Below, piece after piece: positions 58,358 to 64,000 of a DNA stretch of 64,000 bases. Numbering within the stretch: position 1 is the stretch's first letter; each line of letters begins with the position of its first letter. The notes beneath the pieces are model-generated. The model did no database searches and was not told the origin of the DNA. It saw only the letters and a list, made by a program, of their open reading frames with translations. The position numbers and the translations under genes are program-made. Origin of the DNA: Dudresnaya verticillata (lineage: Eukaryota); the NCBI GenBank assembly GCA_977862235.1, contig OZ374558.1, positions 1,426,001 through 1,490,000 on the forward strand, given 5' to 3'.

Positions 58358-59515
58358 CCCTCGTCACATCCGCAGCAAACGCAAGAGAATGGCAAAGCCG
58401 GGTTGCAGTCGGGGTGCTAGGATGTGCAGGCCTCATTTTGCTTGCAATTCCATCGCAGACGCTGTTTTGTTGTTCTTATTCTTCATGTTCTTTAAGCACT
58501 TCCTGCCCCCTACCAGTCGGCAATTAAAATATTGGCAGGCTTTCCATCCCTTCGTGGATAGAATCGCGACTGAAGACAATCGAGAAAGGAGTTCATTAAA
58601 GACATAAGGTTGACTTCCCATTCTGTCTCAGTAAATTTACTCAACCCCGTTTTCTACTCTATCTATTCATTGCTATCACTTGACATTCTCTCTACACGAT
58701 TAAATCCTCTTCTTCTTCTTCGCTGCTTAAGGGGTTCGTGCAGCTCCACAGTTCCGCGGACACCGAACGGACAGCTCTGGCGACAGCTGTCCTAACCGCC
58801 GTCGCTTCCCGCCTCAAGTGGCGTTAGCAGTGCATGAGGAATTCGAATTCCTCCATGCACTCGCGAGCCTCCCTTAAACAGCGCTTGACGATGTCGTGCT
58901 GGGCGCGAACATCGATGCGAAGTAGTACCACTTCTTCGTAGGCTTGTCGGATTGAATTGCGGTTCATGGTCGATGTTGGCCGTGCACGGGGAGGGAGGTC
59001 GACTTCCATCTTTAATACTGTGGACTGTGGACTGCCGCAGACAAAGCCGGTCGCCTGGTGCAGTGGGAACCAGTACCTGAGCAGGGCTGGGGGGCGTCAA
59101 GTCAGCAGAGAAGTGCTAACAGTAATGGAATGCCTTTGCTGCTCATCTACACGAGACGTCCAAGTCCTGCCATTCGCTTTGCCCTTCGCTAAAGGCAATG
59201 TTTCATTGCGCCAATGCCTCGGTCTGTGCACCCTGCACCAGAATATGCATGTGTTGGACGTCCTCGTGAAGGAATCGGGCATGCTCGTATGTCACTGTGA
59301 TGTCGTCAAAGTTCATTTCTGGGGATGCAGATACCTCATACTAGGTAAAAGTTGGACAATGCAGTGGAAGGGGATTTCTGGGAGCCTTTAATATCTGGGA
59401 AGAGGAAAAGAACCCCTGATATCTCAAAACAAGGAAACGACAGACTACCCAATCGTTACTACCTTTTTTCTTGGTGGTAGTAGTAGTACTGCTGCCAACA
59501 CCTTCACGGAGCGCC

Positions 59516-60079
59516 TCATTCGTACATTCGAGTCAAGTTGTTGACCTGAACTATGAGATGCCTGACTTGCAGCAACCGCATCTCCCTTGCGGTGTTTTCA
59601 TTCATCTCTACATATCTGGTCTTGAGTAATAGACGGCAGAACCGGTCCAAATGAAAAACCTCTTCTCCAGCCCCGTGGACTGTCTCAGATATATAAGATT
59701 CCAGTAACAGAGCATTTTCCCCTGCATAGCTTCCCTCCTTCACCATTCGGACTTTTCGGCGTAGTAGGCGATACAATTCGCTAAGAATCCTTGTCTCGTG
59801 TCTGTGGTTTCGAGCTTCAGCGTGCGACAGATTCTGGCAGAAACGTTGAAAAGCTTCACTGTCCCTGCCCTCGACCAGTTCGATGCCTGATTCACTCAAA
59901 GCTTCGTGAGCCCACTGCCTCGACTTTCGGGCCATCTTCATGGACAAACTCCCGTCAAGTGTTTTGAACATGGCATCAAGGCGATCCTCAATTGACTCGT
60001 CCTGGCATTTTCCATCGAATGGTGCCCCGTCGCGATCCACGCTAACAATAGACATGGTTGGTGAAATGTTTGGTTGCAT
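59516..60079 (-). CDS. Hypothetical protein, paralogue of 5338-5901
   Basis: Same length and frame, high identity. Confidence 0.55.
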   Translation of the reverse strand: MQPNISPTMSIVSVDRDGAPFDGKCQDESIEDRLDAMFKTLDGSLSMKMARKSRQWAHEALSESGIELVEGRDSEAFQRFCQNLSHAEARNHRHETRILSELYRLLRRKVRMVKEGSYAGENALLLESYISETVHGAGEEVFHLDRFCRLLLKTRYVEMNENTAREMRLLQVRHLIVQVNNLTRMYE

Positions 60080-61014
60080 AGACGAGGGGCGCTTTGTGCA
60101 ACATGCAACAGGACCCTTGCTGCAGCAACTATGTTTTATATGACCCGTAAATCCATGTCCACGATTTTTCTGCACAAGAATGTTACGAGGAGCAAACTGA
60201 CCGCAATCAAACAGTTGCGCTGTGGTATTTGCGGGAAGTGCTCTGTGTCTGACGCACACGTTATTATAGTATTACGGATGCTGTTGGGTGACGAACACGG
60301 GTTAGAAAATGGAATACTATGCGCAGTTACGCCACTGTACGGTTTTAACGGAGCGGGGTCTCTTAGGGACAAATAGCGGTCGAGACGCTTGACCGTATTA
60401 ACGTTATGCCTGTACGGTTCCTATTGTACACCATGGCCATGGATGGCGCTGAGGCCCTCACGAATGATTTTTATGGCAGGGAGTGTCTGCTGAATCATCA
60501 GGGGTCGTTGGGGTCGTTCCCGGTTTATCTGCACAGCTCAATACCACGCGTAAATTGTGATGTCACCTGACTAATGACGTAATATACTAATCAAACTGTT
60601 ACGAAGACGACGGAAATTGATCCACAATACGACGATGCTAGTACAGAAACTGATCCCGTCACCCTGCTCTAATCTGTCAGAGGATCCAGAGACTGTCGTC
60701 CGAGTAGTAGACGTTGTCGTCCCCATGACACAAAATTGTCCTATACTGTTCCGTATGATGAACGCAGTCGTTCTATTACAGGAGCAGTGAAATGATGAAT
60801 GTGATAGTAGTCAGAAATTGTTAGGTTGCACACTCCCACTATTAGGACACAGGAAATAGAACTTTATCAAACTGTTGGCTAACGCCATCACTCCAATGCT
60901 TCTTTCAGGTCTTGTAGCCTTTTCTTCATGAATGGCACATGAACGCAGCACCCGGTGCTACGTCTAATCATGTTCGCTAGGCGCCGCGGATTTTCCTCGG
61001 ACTTATCTCCCTCA

Positions 61015-61444
61015 CTATCCATACATACGCAGTGAGGGCCCTGCTATAGTGTGCACATATAGGTCCAGCAGAGTCAGCTTTTCTATCCTCCGACGTTCAT
61101 AAAATTTCTTTCCTCTGTAATTGAACTTATAGTTTCCGTCGAAGTACTGCTGAGAGACGGAGAAGTCTGCACTTTCAATTGCGCTGAAGCCGTACACCCT
61201 TTCATGAAACGCTTTGAAAATAGACGTGTCATAGAGACGTATTCCTAGCTCTTCCAACCCGACGATACGCATCTGACGCTGTCTTGCCCGACTGACTATA
61301 CCCACAAACCTCTCCTCTCCCATACGCTCGACTGCCTCCTTTAAGCTCTCTCCTGACCGATTTCTTAAAATCGTGTAGGTTCAGGGTCTCGCCTTGTGAG
61401 TTGTCGACTTCTTCTCTCCCTCCAGAAGCGTTGTGCGACGACAT
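61015..61444 (-). pseudogene. Frameshifted paralogue of 6836-7264
   Basis: Split between ORFs 61229-61774 and 61015-61323 by an indel near 61355. Confidence 0.45.
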
Positions 61445-61915
61445 TTTTAACAGCAGTACTCCAGGGAATAGGTGCAACCTCTGGGCATTCGCTAGACTGA
61501 GTACGGGTGGCTGTGAAGCGCCTGGTTTCGAGATTCCAGCGCTCATGATTTTTGCACAAAAGGGTGGAGAGCCCGACTTTAAGGGTGCAGGCATTTCTGC
61601 ACAAATGTACAGAGAGGCATCAAGATACGCAGTGTCACCATAGTCACCCGAGACAGTTTCGGTTGGTGCCGAGTTGGCGCCAAGGCGTGGTCTAACCTTG
61701 AGTGTGGATAGGAGCTCAATCCAAATTACAATACCTATACAATCGTATGACCTGCGACTCGCAACCATGCGCATGATTTGGTCGTGAATATCTCGCAGCC
61801 TGTTTTTCGGGTAGCATAGGACTACTGTACGGACTGCAGCCCGGATCTCTCTTGTACTGCAGACCCCTCATAGTAGTCACATACTGGTCGGGTTTCGCAG
61901 TCCTGAGACTGGAGA

Positions 61916-64000
61916 TAAAGAGGAATATGGAGAATTTGGAGTTGAACAAGATGAGAAATGGAAGTCGCTTGACTTCGTTTACTGCAGTCGACCATCCGAC
62001 ATGGCTTATATCAGCTTTTCGGATGAGTTGCTGCGTGAACACAAACAAAACAAATCATTAAAGAAACGCCCAAAATCCCTATCATCAAATGGGCGGGAAA
62101 AAGTAAAACAATTAACTCTACCAAATCATACTCTCAGCACACTCACATCCGCCACCAAAATGGGCGGGAACTTGCACACCAGTGTTGCTAACTGCTGACA
62201 TCAGCAATCCCTCTTGCGACCGCATTTCCTGCCATCCATATGTACTCCAACTTTGGGCGGGAACTCGAAAGTATCGAGTGTCCCCGCATGACTGCTGTCG
62301 GACAACACTGCATACCACGTGGCCGCACTTACGAGCTGAAGTCCGTCCATGAATATCCAACTTGGATCATTGACCACGTAATCACCCAGATTTGCCTACG
62401 TGGCAGCTGTAAACCAACGTGTCGGCCGCACGACAGCTACGTGGCAACTGTAAACCAACGTGTCGGCCGCACGACAACTGCATCTGCTGATATCACAAGC
62501 CAGGCTCCACGTAGCGCAAGTCCCTGCAGTACCAACTCAGACGCCATCAGCACATTGCATGGCACCTTCATATGTACTTGTGGAGTACAGTGCGCGTCAT
62601 ACCAGTACCATTCCATGCCATACCACGTGCATCCATGTGGTCCAATCAGATCGTTCCACTTGGCCGTTCCTGTTATAACCGCCAATTCCAGCACAACACT
62701 TGTAAGCCATATAGACCATGGAGGCGGTTTGTAACAACCAATCAGAAGCCCGTTTCACGTTGCTTTTGCAAAAGGCCTAAATGCGCCGTGATTTTGGAAG
62801 CCCGGAAAAAGGGCTGTCGTCTCCGGAAGGTTTGGTGAAAGCGTGCCAGGGTACCATCTGGGGTACCTGACCCGTGACGTGAGGCGCCAGCGACCATGTC
62901 CTCAACACTCCTCCTCGATGGCTCCTCCAAGTCCAACCCTTGGTAGAATCCTATTGAGCAAAGGGGGCCCAAGTGGCTTTGTCAGCAAGTCCGCGTCGTT
63001 GTCTTCTGACGGCACATACACCACTTCCAGAACAGAGTCGGCGACAAGTTCGCGAATGAAGTGTACACGAACGTCGATGTGCTTGGCACGACCAGACGGA
63101 CAGCGTTCTCCAGTAGCCCAATTGATGGCAGACTGGTTGTCTGATCTCAATGGAACCGGGCCTTCGACGTTCAAGTCGGCCTCCTTCAGCACTCGCGTGA
63201 CCCAAACCGTCTCTTTCGCAGCCAGAGTCATTGCATAGTACTCTGACTCGCAAGTTGAGAGAGCAACAGTTGACTGCTTCTTGGATCCCCAAATACACAC
63301 TGCATCTCCCAGTTTCACCATGTAACCAGACATAGATTTTCGGTCTGTGGTGTCACCGGCATAGTCAGCGTCCACATAAGCTTGGATACGAGTGCTTCCG
63401 GACTGGTACGTAACTCCATGCTTGTGAGTGCCTCGAAGATATCGCAGAACCCTCTTTGCACCACGGTGACAGTACGCAGTTGGAGCCTTCTGGAACCGTG
63501 CGAGGATAAGCACAGAGGCCAAAATGTCCAGCCTTGTGCGAAGCCCCAAGTACAGAAGTGACCCGATCATCTGCTGGTACGTCTCAACCGACACGACGGC
63601 CTTGTCCTCTTCGGCGGCAAGTCCAGTGAAGAAAGACTCAACCATTGGCGTACAAGCCGGCTTAGAGTTCTGAAGTCCAAATCGACGAAGAACACTTTCC
63701 GTGTAGACCTGTTGAGTCATCTTGAGGGACACAAATCTGCCATCAGAGTCTAGCTTCCATCCAAGCTCGACTCCGAGGAAGAGGTCAACCCCTTCAGACA
63801 GCCTTAGATCGTAGAGGCCCTGCAGTTCCTTAACAATGGCGTCTCTCTCCGCCTTTGTGGGCGCGAGGATGAGCAAGTCATCAACGTACACCAAGATGTA
63901 TGCGTATCCAGAAGACTTGGATTTGCGACGAAATACGCAAGGTGCACTTGGCAATTCCTCAAACATCATCCTAGCAAGGTCACCACACAGCTTGGTGTGC
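61916..64000 (-). mobile_element. Copia element E8, 3' LTR and RH-RT, cut by the window edge
   Basis: LTR 61916-62907 (992 bp), PPT, open RT-RH frame from 62902 to the window end. Confidence 0.96.

Larger units (their letters stand above)
58684..61915 (+). repeat. Non-copia ~3.2-kb block, copy 2
   Basis: Direct diverged copy of 4514-7735; homology stops exactly at the LTR at 61916. Confidence 0.95.

Noticed and set aside
58358..58683. Second Myb-like remnant (GWK and KQNEA-like words on the minus strand)
   Set aside because: The matches are short, in different frames and without nucleotide similarity to 3900-4000.

Overview
Eukaryotic, repeat-dense locus; the gene style suggests an alga, possibly a red alga, but the taxon cannot be established from sequence. 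About 46 kb (~72%) comes from one young Ty1/copia LTR-retrotransposon family: 14 full LTRs of 992-1074 bp, 3 partial LTRs, three intact 1440-aa gag-pol ORFs and several nested, chimeric or deleted copies, implying at least ~12 insertion events. Removing these insertions using their 5-bp target-site duplications reveals the older landscape. (i) A ~920-codon gene is split into four pieces over 25.6 kb (8000-33597); it encodes a ParB-like domain, a beta-class N6A/N4C DNA amino-methyltransferase and a C-terminal domain resembling the En/Spm Tnp1 C-terminus, and that last domain recurs in a neighbouring gene. (ii) A decayed PIF/Harbinger pair (transposase plus Myb-like gene) lies at 2.7-4.3 kb. (iii) A ~3.2-kb block of short orphan ORFs just upstream of the methyltransferase gene is present twice in direct orientation 54 kb apart. 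(iv) A probable hAT terminus sits at 39426. The best candidate for a new system is a large, repeated, methyltransferase-carrying DNA element that has been invaded by the copia family. All family assignments are from motif recognition by eye, not database searches.
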